A DNA stretch of 64,000 nucleotides from Eledone cirrhosa (taxonomy: Eukaryota). Both the position numbers and the translations under genes were made by a program. How positions within the stretch are numbered: the first letter of the stretch is position 1; every line of letters begins with the position of its first letter. Under the pieces are notes generated by a model. It ran no database searches, was not told where the DNA came from, and saw nothing but the letters and a program-made list of their open reading frames with translations. The stretch covers positions 261,578,001 to 261,642,000 of the forward strand of contig OZ024743.1 in the NCBI GenBank assembly GCA_964016885.1. Reading direction: 5' to 3'. Shown here one piece after another: positions 1 through 11,080 of the stretch.

Positions 1-229
1 TTTTTCGTGATCCCCAGTAGGTGCTTTTCTATAAATTTAAAAGGCTGAAAGGTGTTTATCTGTAACTGCCTCCATTTTCGGAAAAGGAAGTTGTTGGCGA
101 GTGATTCAGAATAACAACAACAATCACCTGTCATTATAGTGAAATACTTTTTTTAAAGCCTGTGTTGCATTGTTGGACACACAGAAACACATACACAAAA
201 ATACATACATTATTTTTTGTTAGTTAGAT

Positions 230-425
230 GGCGGTGGAATGGCAGTATCGGTAGAGGGAGGCCGGACACCATGCTTTGACGCATAGAGTTACGCCCCTTG
301 CCATTCTGAGTTCAAATCCCGCCGATGTTAACTTTGCCTTTCATCCTTACAGGGTCAATAAAATAAAGTACCAGTAATGCACTGGGTAATTGCTGGCCTT
401 GTGCCAAAAGTAGAAAAACAATTAT
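230..425 (+). mobile_element. tRNA-derived SINE (main family in window)
   Basis: A-box-like TGGCAGTATCGG, B-box GTTCAAATCC, body GCCTTTCATCCTTAC..GGTC.ATAAAATAAAGTACCAG, tail AAGTAGAAA..ATTAT; near-identical copies at 15973, 17454, 44600. Confidence 0.9.
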
Positions 426-657
426 ATTTTTGTTAGTTAGAGAGAAGGGGGGGGGGGGGAATAAATTGACAGCAAGCTTGCTTGAGGTCAGATTAGTTGA
501 AAACACATGAAAAACTTTAATTATTATCCATTTTATTCAGTGTTATTCGAAGTACAAACTAACTTCATTTTTATAACTATATATATATATTATATGTATG
601 TATACAAATATATTTATATATAATGTATATGTATATGTATTATATACATTTATATAT

Positions 658-693
<36 letters not shown>

Positions 694-1359
694 CATACTC
701 ATATAGATATATGTAAGTATGATTCATATATATGTGTGTGTATGTGTGAGTGTGTGTACATGCAAATAAAGAAACATCCAAAGGGAAAAACAACACAAGA
801 GAACAATACAATATAATGATGGTATATAGTTTAATGCTTGATATATTTGAGGAAAAGTGTTAATGTTTTGGACACCAATCCTTCATCGGAAGTTAAAAAA
901 AGAGGGAAGAGAGAAGAAAAAAAGACAATTGAGAGCAAAAAAAACAAAAAAAAACAAAACGGGGAAAGAGTAGATTCGAGAAAAGGTACATGTTAATCAG
1001 CCATATTGGAAATATTTATGTGTGTGTGTGTGTAGGGGTGAATATATACACACACAAACACACACACACATATATATATATATAAGAGAGTGTTGAAGTT
1101 TGCTTGAAGCATTGTGGAATAATAAAATTGGTCGTTTTGGAAGTCTCAACAATGCAGATGGGTAAATCTCAGGGCAACAGAATCAGGTGGTGATGAGAGA
1201 GATGCAGGAGGAAATGTAGAATGAGACTATAAGGTGTAAACGAACGTAGGAAAGAGTGTAAAAAGAATAACATGAGATAAAGTTACCTTGGAAGTGATTT
1301 AATTGTCCCTATATTTCGGATTTCGCATCTATCAACTGGGGGTTTTCCAAGGGGGAAAG

Positions 1360-1894
1360 TTTTTAGTCAGAGAGGAACAATACGTGGTCCCTGTTGTCCA
1401 CCGTTTGTCACTCAATCTCGCAACATTCTCAACATGCTAAGAAGTGTGCACCTGCAGACAAATCTGCGGAACGCGGCGTTCCCGACACCAAGTATGATTA
1501 ACGCCTCATCCGCCTCAGCCAACCAGCTACCGCAGGCACCGATCGGGCAGCCGTGGATCAACACCATGGACGATGGGTATTGCGCCTTAAACAAACCAAC
1601 CAGCGGCGCATACTTGTCGACCTTCTCCACTGCCTCTCGGCTGAGGCCCAAGCCCTGTTTGAGACGTATCGTCACATCCAGCACTACAAACAGATCAGAC
1701 TGACTCAGAACAAGGTCCGGTATCAACTGACGCCCCTCTACGAAAAAGACCAGTTCCACTCCGACTGCCCACATGAGGCGCTCAGCCTCGCCCGCGATCC
1801 ACCTATGCACAGCGTTGTGTCTCTCCAGTCAGGGGCGCTTGAGCGCCGGGCACGCTCTGCTCAGGTACGAGAGAGATTCGACCCTCACTCTGCA
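1360..1894 (-). mobile_element. 5'-truncated R2-type (RLE) non-LTR retrotransposon: zinc-knuckle remnant plus restriction-like endonuclease
   Basis: Minus strand reads CRVRVESLSYLSRACPALKRP*LERHNAVHRW...LIPDLVLSQSDLFVVLDVTIR...AVEKVDKY...GCPIGACGSW, i.e. knuckle remnant, RHN, PD..D..K..KY and G.P.GA.G.W motifs typical of R2 C-termini; GC-rich island. Confidence 0.8.
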
Positions 1895-1902
1895 TATATA
1901 TA

Positions 1903-2215
1903 AGGTGGCAAATTGTTAGAGCATCGGATAGAATGCTCTGAAGTATTTGTTCCGACTCTCTACTCTCTGAGTTCAAATCCCGCTGAGGTCAACTTTACCT
2001 TTCATCCATTTAAGGTCGATAAAAAAGTACTAATTAGTCTTGTACTCTATATCTCTTTCTCACTTCCCTTCTTTCACTCTCTGTGTCCTTCTCTCGAAGA
2101 AATCTGGTGTATTCAGATTTGGTGAGGAAGGAGATGGGCTCCAGCTGGTTTTAAAATGCCCTAGAAACATTGTATGTCAATGCGCTGCCCCTACGACTCT
2201 ATCAGGAGTTACAGA
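1903..2215 (+). mobile_element. SINE variant with long 3' tail
   Basis: Same B box and central domain followed by GAAATCTGGTGTATTCAGATTTGG...CAGGAGTTACAGA; related copies at about 2995-3190 (-) and 37015-37310 (-). Confidence 0.75.
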
Positions 2216-2228
2216 ACCATACATACAT

Positions 2229-2282
<54 letters not shown>

Positions 2283-3310
2283 GTATATATATATATATAT
2301 CATATATATATGCAGAAATAAGCTGGTCTCACCTTCACACACACATGCACATATGCATTAATGTGTGTGCGTGCATGCGTGTATATACACATTAGTGCTT
2401 GATGCTAGCACCACAGCAAAGTAGTTCTCTCCTACACCAGAAAGAAAAAGAGGAAAGCAAAAATAAAATGAAAACTAACAAATAAACAAACAAAAATAAA
2501 TTACAATAGAATAAGAAGAAACAGAGTTAACAAGGAAAGTAGACCAACTGGACTGGCAGTCTGTGTTAATGTTAGATGGTAGTGTCTTGAATATAGAGTT
2601 AAGCTATGTGACTGGTGGTAAGGTGGTTAACACATGATGATGGTAGGTAGAGAGGAAGAACGAGTGGAGCAGGGAGGGAGAAAAGGAGAGGGAGAGGGGA
2701 TCAGAAAAAGGGAGGAGAGAGGGACAGAAAATAGGAGGGGGGGTGTATAGTGAGTGTATGTTCGTAAATATGGGATTTCTTGTAATATTCTTTTTTTGTC
2801 ATATATAATGTTTTTTTAATGTAAAATATAATTATTAATAGATTCTCCAGCTGCTGTATCAATATAAATCACTTACAGTAAAATTTTGCTGGAGATAGAT
2901 TAGCAAAATGTAATAAATAGGGAGGGATGGAAAAAAATCTGAAAAATTAATAAGCAGAGGAGGGTGGGGGTGATTATTCAAGGCTTGAGAGTATGTATGT
3001 ATTGACCGATAACTCCTGGTAGAGTTGTAGGTTTGCTGTAATGACATGCAGCTTTTCTTGGGCATTTTGTTTAATCCAGGCAGAGCCCATCCCTTCTCCA
3101 GATATGAATATGGCCAATTTCTTCCAGAGTAAAGAAAAGGAGTGATAGAGAGAAGGTGAGAAAAAGATATAAAGGAAGAATCGACCCCTGTAAAACATCT
3201 CAAATAGCTGAATCATTTTCACACCTCATGTCAATGCAGACTGTTGCACATTAAGTGGCAAGTCAAGATCACAGACATGGAGGGGCCCTAATAGGTAAAA
3301 TTGTCTTTAA

Positions 3311-5179
3311 CCCTTTAGCATTTGAACTGGCCGTATCCGGCCAGAATTCTCTCATCTCTTTCTGTTCTAACCGGTCATAATCAGCTGATGTTAAGGTATT
3401 GTTCTCAAAATAAATATCAAAATCTCATATTTTCAATATTGTACGACAACTACAGGAGAAGTACCTAGCTAAAAGTAAACCCCTATACTTAGCTTTTGTT
3501 GACTTGGAGAAAGCCTTTGACAGAGTCCCACGCCCCATTATCTGGTGGGCTCTCAGAAAACTAGGTGTTAATGAATGGCTTGTGAGAGCTATACAAGCCA
3601 TGTATAAAGAAACAGTCAGCAAGGTTAGAATTAACAACGAATATAGTAAAGAGTTTAGCGTAAAAGTTGGTGTTCATCAGGGCTCTGTCCTGAGCCCCCT
3701 CCTATTTATTATTGCCCTTCAGGCTATAACAGAGGAGTTCAAGACCGGCTGCCCATGGGAACTCCTATACGCAGATGACCTAACGCTCATAGCTGAATCA
3801 ATGGCTGAACTAGAGAAGAAATTCCAAACATGGAAGCATGGCCTAGAATCAAAAGGCCTTAAAATTAACCTGTCTAAGACTAAAGTTCTAATTTGTAGGA
3901 AGGAAAATAGGGCACTGGTCCCATCTGGGAAATGGCCATGCTCAGTGTGTAGGAAAGGAGTAGGCAGAAACTCCATTTTATGTCCCAAATGCAAAGTATG
4001 GGTGCATAAAAGATGTAGTGGGATCACAGGTAAGCTAACTAAGAATATAGATTTTATATGTGGCCGGTGCTCAGGTGCAATAAGTAGCAGCAAGTGCCCA
4101 CAGAATACTAGCTCATTCCATTGTACAGATGGTTCTATAAAAATAGTGGACACCTTCCATTACCTGGGTGACAAAATCAGCAGTGGTGGAGGGTGCTCTG
4201 AAAGTACAGTAGCTAGAGTCAGAACGGGATGGAAAAAGTTCAGAAAGCTTATACCACTATTGGCCGCTAAAGGGTTCTCTCTAAAAATGAAAGGCAGGCT
4301 GTATGATGCCTGCATACGAACAGCAATGTTACATGGCAGTGAGACATGGGCATTGTGTGCAGAGGATATACGCAGACTGGAGAGGAACGAAGCTTGCATG
4401 CTCCGTTGGATGTGTAATAGTAATATACGTGAACGGCAAAGCATAAATGAACTAAGGGAGAAATTAGGAATAAGAGGAATCAGATGTTGTTTATTTGAGA
4501 GAAGACTACGTTGGTATGGTCACGTGATGAGCATGAAAGACGACAGCTGTATAAAAAAGTGCAGGGCAATAAAAATAGACGGTAGCCACGGAAAAACCTG
4601 GGACGACTTGATAAATTCCGACCTCACACACTTACACCTCTCCAAGACAATGTCACTGGACCGAGATCTTTGGCGCTACACAGTAATACAGAAGACCCGC
4701 CTTGCCTAAGTACAAAGCGAAACCTACAGTCAGTAGGCACCTCTTAACAAAAATACACCCCCGTTCCATTACCCCCACCACGTCCACACCACCCCTTTCG
4801 ATGTAAAGTTATGTTGGTACCACAACATCCAGTCCTAAATAAATGAGGTCGTGTAGGTGTCACGACAAAAAAAAAAAAAAACATTCCACGCTGTAATGTG
4901 GCCGTGTAGGTAACACGGTAAAAAACTCCCAGTCCACACTGTAAACGTGGTTGGTGTTAGGAAGGGCATCCAGCCGTAGAAAACCCTCCAGACAGTCCTA
5001 TACGAGCAAGACAACCAATCTTGCTTCAAGTGGGAAAATTCCCGTCCAAACCCATGCAAGCGTGGAAGATGGACGTTAAACGATGATGATGATGATGATG
5101 ATGTAGGATAAATATGTGAGATAAAGCCTTTTCTGTGAAAATACAATAGTAAATATAGAGTAATGTGAATGATAAAGGG
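3311..5179. mobile_element. piggyBac-like MITE (TTAA|CCCTTTA...TAAAGGG|TTAA) split by an RTE insertion
   Basis: Halves 3311-3429 and 5105-5179 join to match the uninterrupted copy at 39159-39366; TTAA at 3307-3310 and 5180-5183. Confidence 0.85.
3430..5103 (+). mobile_element. 5'-truncated RTE-clade LINE (RT, PHD-like finger, 3' UTR, (GAT)n tail)
   Basis: ORF 3504-4709 has DLEKAFD, GVHQGSVLSPLLF, YADD, YLG, LRWYGHV; ends CGTTAAAC(GAT)n; highly similar to 54820-56472. Confidence 0.95.
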
Positions 5180-5534
5180 TTAATATCCTTCTGGGAAAGA
5201 GCTAAATTTGCTGTACAGGTAATGTCCTCTTGAACAACAAATACATACAAAAACAACTTCTCTAAAGTGAGCTCATTACAAGGAAGAGAACTGTTGGAGA
5301 TCAGAAAGACCACAAGAAACACAGCTTGAATGTAGCACTGAAAGTCATGAGCATCAAGATAAGATTCTGGGAATAGCTCATTCAGAAAAGGCCATTATGT
5401 CTGTTGGTACACCATCATTCTTATAGGCACAAAATCCTCACAAGAGACATGCATTCAGACAGCAGAAACCAAACGTTAGCTCTGCAAAGTTCACTCAGCT
5501 GGCATCTCAAAGGAAGCCACAGAACATACACGGT

Positions 5535-5775
5535 AGGTACTTCTATGCCAAAACCAAGCCTATCAGCCATCTACAGGAACATAGCCGCCCCCCGCCCCCC
5601 ACCACCACCACAGAACATATGTATCTCACATGTGGCAGCAACTTCTATGACAGAATGAGATCTATTAGCCTTCTACAGGGACATAACCCCCCACAGAATA
5701 CATGTATCTAACATGTGGCAGCATCTTTTATACCAGAACCAGACCAATCAGTCATCTACAGGAAGATAAAGCCCA
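5535..5775. repeat. degenerate tandem repeat, about 85-95 bp period, about 3 units
   Basis: Recurrent CTATCAGCCATCTACAGGAACATA and CACAGAA.A.ATGTATCT.ACATGTGGCAGCA. Confidence 0.6.
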
Positions 5776-5829
5776 ACCAATCAAGTATCCAAAGTCATAG
5801 TCTTTATCTATTATATAATCTTCTTACCT

Positions 5830-6110
5830 TCATACATACATATTGCCTAGATTCTTTGTTAACTTGCTTAAAATCCTGCTACATCTCTTGTGTGCCCACT
5901 CCTTACATTTTGTACTCTCTCCCTTTGCATGTGGCCACTTCTCTGATGGAATATGGGCCCCATCATCCTTTCTACCTAACAGGATTCTAGTCTTGACCAA
6001 ATTGATTCTGAGGCCCTTCAATTCCAGATTGGGCCTCCAAGTCAGGGACCTCCTTCTCTCCAGGTCCTCTGTGGATTCAGCTACAAGAACTTAGACATCT
6101 GCATGGCCTT
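5830..6110 (-). mobile_element. degenerate RTE fragment (RT end / PHD-like region)
   Basis: KGLRINLVKTRIL...PSEKWP...CKEWAHKRCS. Confidence 0.75.
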
Positions 6111-6131
6111 GAGGTCTTATATATATATATA

Positions 6132-6470
6132 TCATCATCATCATTGTTTAACATCTATCTTCCACGCTAGCATGGGTTTAGACGGGAGTTGTCCTACTTG
6201 AGCAAGATTGGTCGGGTGACCATGTCTCGCTCGTATAGGACTATCTGGCAGGTTTTCTACGGCTGGATGCCCTTCCTAACACCAACCACATTTACAGTGT
6301 GGACTGGGAGGGTTTTACCGTGTTACCTATACGGCCACATTACAGCGTGCACTGTGTGTTTTTTTGTTGTGACACCTACACGACCTCATTTATTTTGGAC
6401 TGGATGTTGTGGTACCAACATAACTTTACGGAGAAAGGGTGGTGTTGGTGGGTGTGGGGTGGTGGAGTAG
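6132..6470 (-). mobile_element. RTE 3'-UTR-only copy
   Basis: Reverse complement of 4770-5100 with (ATC)n tail. Confidence 0.85.
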
Positions 6471-6512
6471 GGTAGTAGGATGGGGTGTTTATTTGGTTAA
6501 TATATATATATA

Positions 6513-6670
6513 CAGTTAAAATACCGTTATAACGAATTTTTCAGTATAACAAATTTATTTCAACCCTTAGCCACATGGTCGATATGTTAGGTCGATCTCG
6601 TTATAAAGAATTTTTCGTTACAACGAATTTTTTTATACCCCATGAATTTTGTTATAAAAGAATTTCACTG
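6513..6670. mobile_element. Tc1/mariner-pogo type MITE
   Basis: TA|CAGTTAAAAT...AATTTCACTG|TA termini, internal GTTATAACGAAT repeats, inserted in (TA)n. Confidence 0.75.
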
Positions 6671-6785
6671 TATATATATATATTTATATATATATATGTG
6701 TGTGTGGGGGGAGGGGTGTATGTGTATGTGTGTATATTTATATATATATGTGCGTTATGTGTGTGTGTTTATATATATACACATA

Positions 6786-6835
<50 letters not shown>

Positions 6836-6905
6836 ATTGTTTCTACTTTAGGCACAAGGCCAGCAATTACCCAGTACATTACTGGTACTTTATTTTATCG
6901 ACCCC

Positions 6906-6945
<40 letters not shown>

Positions 6946-7079
6946 ATAAGTTGACGGGACTAGCATACGTTTCCCTGCTAGTACTGGCTGGATATCAGCG
7001 TACTTAATAGGTAAGGTTATGTAAAAATCCCAGTTATTTGCCCCTCTCTCTCTCTCTCTCTCTTTATATATATGTATAT

Positions 7080-7532
7080 GCACACACTTACACCTCTCCA
7101 AGACAATGTCACTGGACCGAGACCTTTGGCGGTACTCAGTAACAGAGAAGACCCGCCTTGCCAGTAGGCATCTCTAACAAAATACACGCCGTCCCACCAC
7201 CACCACCCCCACCCCATCCACACCACCCCGTCCTATGTAAAGTTATGTTGGTGCCGCGCCATCCGGGCCGAAACAAATGAGATCGTGTAGGTGTCACGAC
7301 AAAAAAACACACAGTCCACGCTGTAATGTGGCCGTGTAGGCAACACGGTAAAAACCTCCCAGACCCACACTGTAAATGTGGTTGGTGTTAGGAAGGGCAT
7401 CCAACTGTAGAAAACCTGCCAGACAGTCCTATGCGAGCAAGACAATCACTCTTGCCTCAAGTGGGACTACCCCCGTCCAAACCCATGCAAGCGTGGAACA
7501 CGGACGTTAAACGTTGATGATGATGATGATGA
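7080..7532 (+). mobile_element. RTE 3' end copy
   Basis: Matches 4627-5103 including the (GAT)n tail. Confidence 0.9.
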
Positions 7533-7678
7533 TATATGAAAATGTTTAACCTCGACGGCTTGACTCTGCTGTCGGGGTTAAATATTTTCCTATTACCCAC
7601 TCTACTACCCTAAGTATTGAGCACTCTGATGCGTTATGGTCCATCTTGTTCCTTACCACACCTCCTTCGTTATATATA

Positions 7679-8216
7679 CTAGCAGAAAAACCACAACCAC
7701 CCTTCGGGTGGTTTTTCTGCTAGCATGTGTATATTTTCTGCTTGTATGTGTATATCTGCTAGCATGTGTATATTGATATGATACATAAAATAAAATCACA
7801 ATTGACAATATACACAGAAATTGAACGAAGACTGTGTTACACTGCCTTATGTAATCAGTAACGTAATCCATGATACATTAAAAAAGACGATATATATAAA
7901 CTGCATTAGGAGAAAATTAGTATGTTTATTTAAGCGATCGCCACCGAAAGTGTTGACATCACACACTCTCTCTTTCTATATATATGGTAGTTGAAATGGT
8001 GGTAGTGGCAACGATATACCGGAAGTGCAACTTTGAAAAGAAGTCAATTTTAAATTATTTATTTTTACGAAATTATTTTTGTTTACGAAATTGAGTACAT
8101 AAATTATGTAATATTCATTCATTATTTATTCAAAGTAATCCAACTTATTTTACAAACGGGATAAAAATAAATAAACTATACGCAATCCCGCATACCTTCG
8201 TTTATTATAGTTTAGA
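7679..8216 (-). mobile_element. non-autonomous Helitron
   Basis: Minus strand starts A|TCTAAACTATAATAAA and ends hairpin-CTAG|T; homologous to 15693-16376. Confidence 0.75.
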
Positions 8217-8389
8217 TATATAAGTAATGTGTTAGGAAAGAAAAACATACAAGGCATGATTGGAAAAAAATATTATTTAATTATAAATTTTTACACGTGT
8301 TTCGTTATTGAGTTATGTCATTGTCTGTTAGGAGATATTGAAATTTCCCATCTTTCACACAGTATGAGATTGATAAATAAATGTCGAGA

Positions 8390-10416
8390 GAAAGCTATCT
8401 CCCTCTCTTTTAACCTGCCTGGCCCTTCAGCCAGGCGCGTTCCGCCGAGAGTATACTCTCTGGCAACCTGAACATGGTAATGTAAAGACCTCTTGGTCTC
8501 TTGCGCGCTGACTTCAAAACGGTAAATAACTAACTTTAATTCATCCTTTCATCTCTCTTGGCATGTCAACTATTCCGCTCTACATAGATCAACCTTGTTA
8601 AATAAACATTGTACATACAACCCAGTGTCATGTCATAATTGGTGACCCCGAGAAAAAAATAATAGGATCTAGTGTTGTGTGAATATGAAAAAAAGAAAAT
8701 TAATTAGCAGTATTTCAAAAAGAAAAAAATTCCTCTAACAACATTCCACATGGATTTTGTCTACAACGAAAAATATAAGTAATCTTTTCCTCAGCAGTAA
8801 ACAAACAAGAACAAATTTTGCTTTTCACCTCACGTGTTTACATCGTTTAAATGTGTTTCAATCACTGGATATATCCTTCGTACGTCTCACAACGAACACT
8901 CAAAAAGATTTGGACTCCTGTATTCTTATATTTAACATGTCAATTTTGATGAACATCACAGCTCACTTACTCATTCAACTAAGCCTTTTTCGCTACCTTT
9001 TCATCATTTTCAAAAAAAAAAAAATGGAACTCTCGCCATATACAAAGTGAATATAGCCTTTCCTTCTTTTTCATCACACCACGTTCACACAAATATTTTT
9101 AAATGGCTGCCAACGACCTGTTGCACTATCATTTTCGCGCCATTTTCTCGCGCAATAGAAATTTTTTTTTTTTCAACTTGACTTTAACTTTGTTTCGGCA
9201 CGTGTGGGAGCACACATCTCGACTCACTGAGATAACACACGCCATAGATAATGTTTCTTGCCAAGGATCCTCCAGCCTTAAGCTATATTCTCCTATTTGC
9301 CGGTTTAAAAATTTACCACGTAAATTTGCCGTTGAAAACTGCGCATTTATTCAGAATGATTATTTCTATGGTCGCTGGCCTCTTGACCCATCCAAGTCAA
9401 CGCGTTCTCAACATCGACTATCAACTTTGGCTGTTATTTCTAGCACTTTGCGCAACTCATTTTTTCTGGGAAACTTTTTACTGTGAATGGAAACAACATC
9501 GAATAGGCTCACTCCGCGAGACAACAACACAGCTTCATCTTTGCTTTATCAACAACCAAAACCAGCAGAACAAAACAGAGAATTTATTTTTGCAGCACTC
9601 TTCCTGTGAGAAAATCCCACCGCCTTCGGAGGTTGGGAATTTCACCACAGTCCAGAAACCACCTGGAGGACACACTTTCTTTCCTGCTGTCACCTGTGAA
9701 CTGTATTTTGAACATTTGAACCTTTTTTTTAATAACTATGTTCGAGCACGTTTCTTTGCTCCTTTGACCTCTTCTTTTAGGTTGATTACATTGTATCTTT
9801 GTGTGATGGATAGATAGATGTCCAGTAGCTCTCTGGCCAAGAGCGGTTGGCTGCCTTGATATCTATCATTGATTTTTGCATGCTTATATTTTGCTGTTTT
9901 GCTTTTATTGCAAACATTATTTTTTTTGTAATTTTCATGCCTGGACTTTGGTGTTACATGCTTGCCATCTTACTTCATACATGGTTGATTCGATTTTTAT
10001 ATTTTAAAAATCTGGCGGGGGATAATGTAGCAAGAGTTGCCTCCCTTGTTATGATGATCACATCACCAGTAGCGCTCTCTAGACAGGAAGTAGCTGGAGT
10101 TACTTCCCGTTGAGGTGGCAGAACCTTCTTAGGAACTTCCGTCCAGGGAACTATAAAATGAGAGAGCTGAAAGCTATCTCCCTCTCTTTTAACCTGCTTG
10201 GCCCTTCAGCCAGGCGCGTTCCGCCGAGGGTATACTCTCTGGCAACCTGAACATGGTAATGTAAAGACCTCTTGGTCTCTTGCTCGCTGACTTCAAAACG
10301 GTAAATAACTAACTTTAATTCATCCTTTCATCTCTCTTGGCATGTCAACTATTCTGCTCTACATAGCTCAACCTTGTTAAATAAACATTGTACATACAAC
10401 CCAGTGTCCTGTTATA
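8390..10416 (+). mobile_element. non-coding LTR retroelement (5' LTR truncated 8390-8637; 3' LTR 10026-10416)
   Basis: Direct repeat 8390-8637 vs about 10170-10416; PBS TGGTGACCCCGA at 8640; PPT-like CTGGCGGGGGATAA before TGTAGC; no gag/pol; interior homologous to 19254-21370. Confidence 0.88.
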
Positions 10417-11080
10417 GTGGTAAAGAAAAATGATTGTGGAAAATAAATATTTGATACCAACAGAATTCATGCAGTCAGTCTTGTCCCATTGTTTTTTTTT
10501 AGGATAGGGAGAGAAAAAAATATAAAAAAAAACATTAATTAAGTCCTCTGTACTACTTCGTTCATTTCATAATGTCAGGGATAAAAAAAACCCATTAATT
10601 AAGAGTTCAAACAGTTCTCTTTTACTGTTTTTCTTTCTCGTGTGCGTGTGTGCTGTTTGATGTTGTTGCTGTCACACAGATGTTATTGTTGATGTAAATG
10701 AGCTTGGTTTTTAAAACGTGTTGTTATAGATGTCATTGTTTTGAGCGGTTGCTGCTGATGCAGCCACAGATGTTGTTATTTTTGTTTTCAAAATTAGAAG
10801 GCTATATTAAGAAACATATTTCTGTTGTTTGTAAATTTTGATGTTCATTTGTGTGTTCGAAAAATCTGTTCGTTAAAGAAAGTTGTGTTGGTAGAATGTA
10901 TTGTTTTTCGTAACAGTATACTGCTTTTTTCAAAACGCCCTTTATTCTTTTCTGAAAGTTAATTTTCATGCATGTTGTTTTCGTATATTATAAGAAAGTT
11001 GCATCAGAAAATACACCAGAAATGCGTGTTCTTTTTTTAATTTTTTTAATTGATATTAGAAGGCTGCTTTTGTTCGAAAC

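Noticed and set aside
1434-1903. Plus-strand ORFs in the GC-rich island
   Set aside because: Antisense shadows of the R2-like endonuclease frame
1901-1915. TAAGGTGGCAAATTG resembles the 28S R2 target TAAGGTAGCCAAATG next to the R2-like fragment
   Set aside because: Wrong side and orientation for an R2 3' junction, and explained as the head of the adjacent SINE
9103-10113. ORFs inside the LTR element as gag or accessory genes
   Set aside because: No retroviral motifs; the sister copy has a stop in one frame and mainly non-synonymous changes in the other
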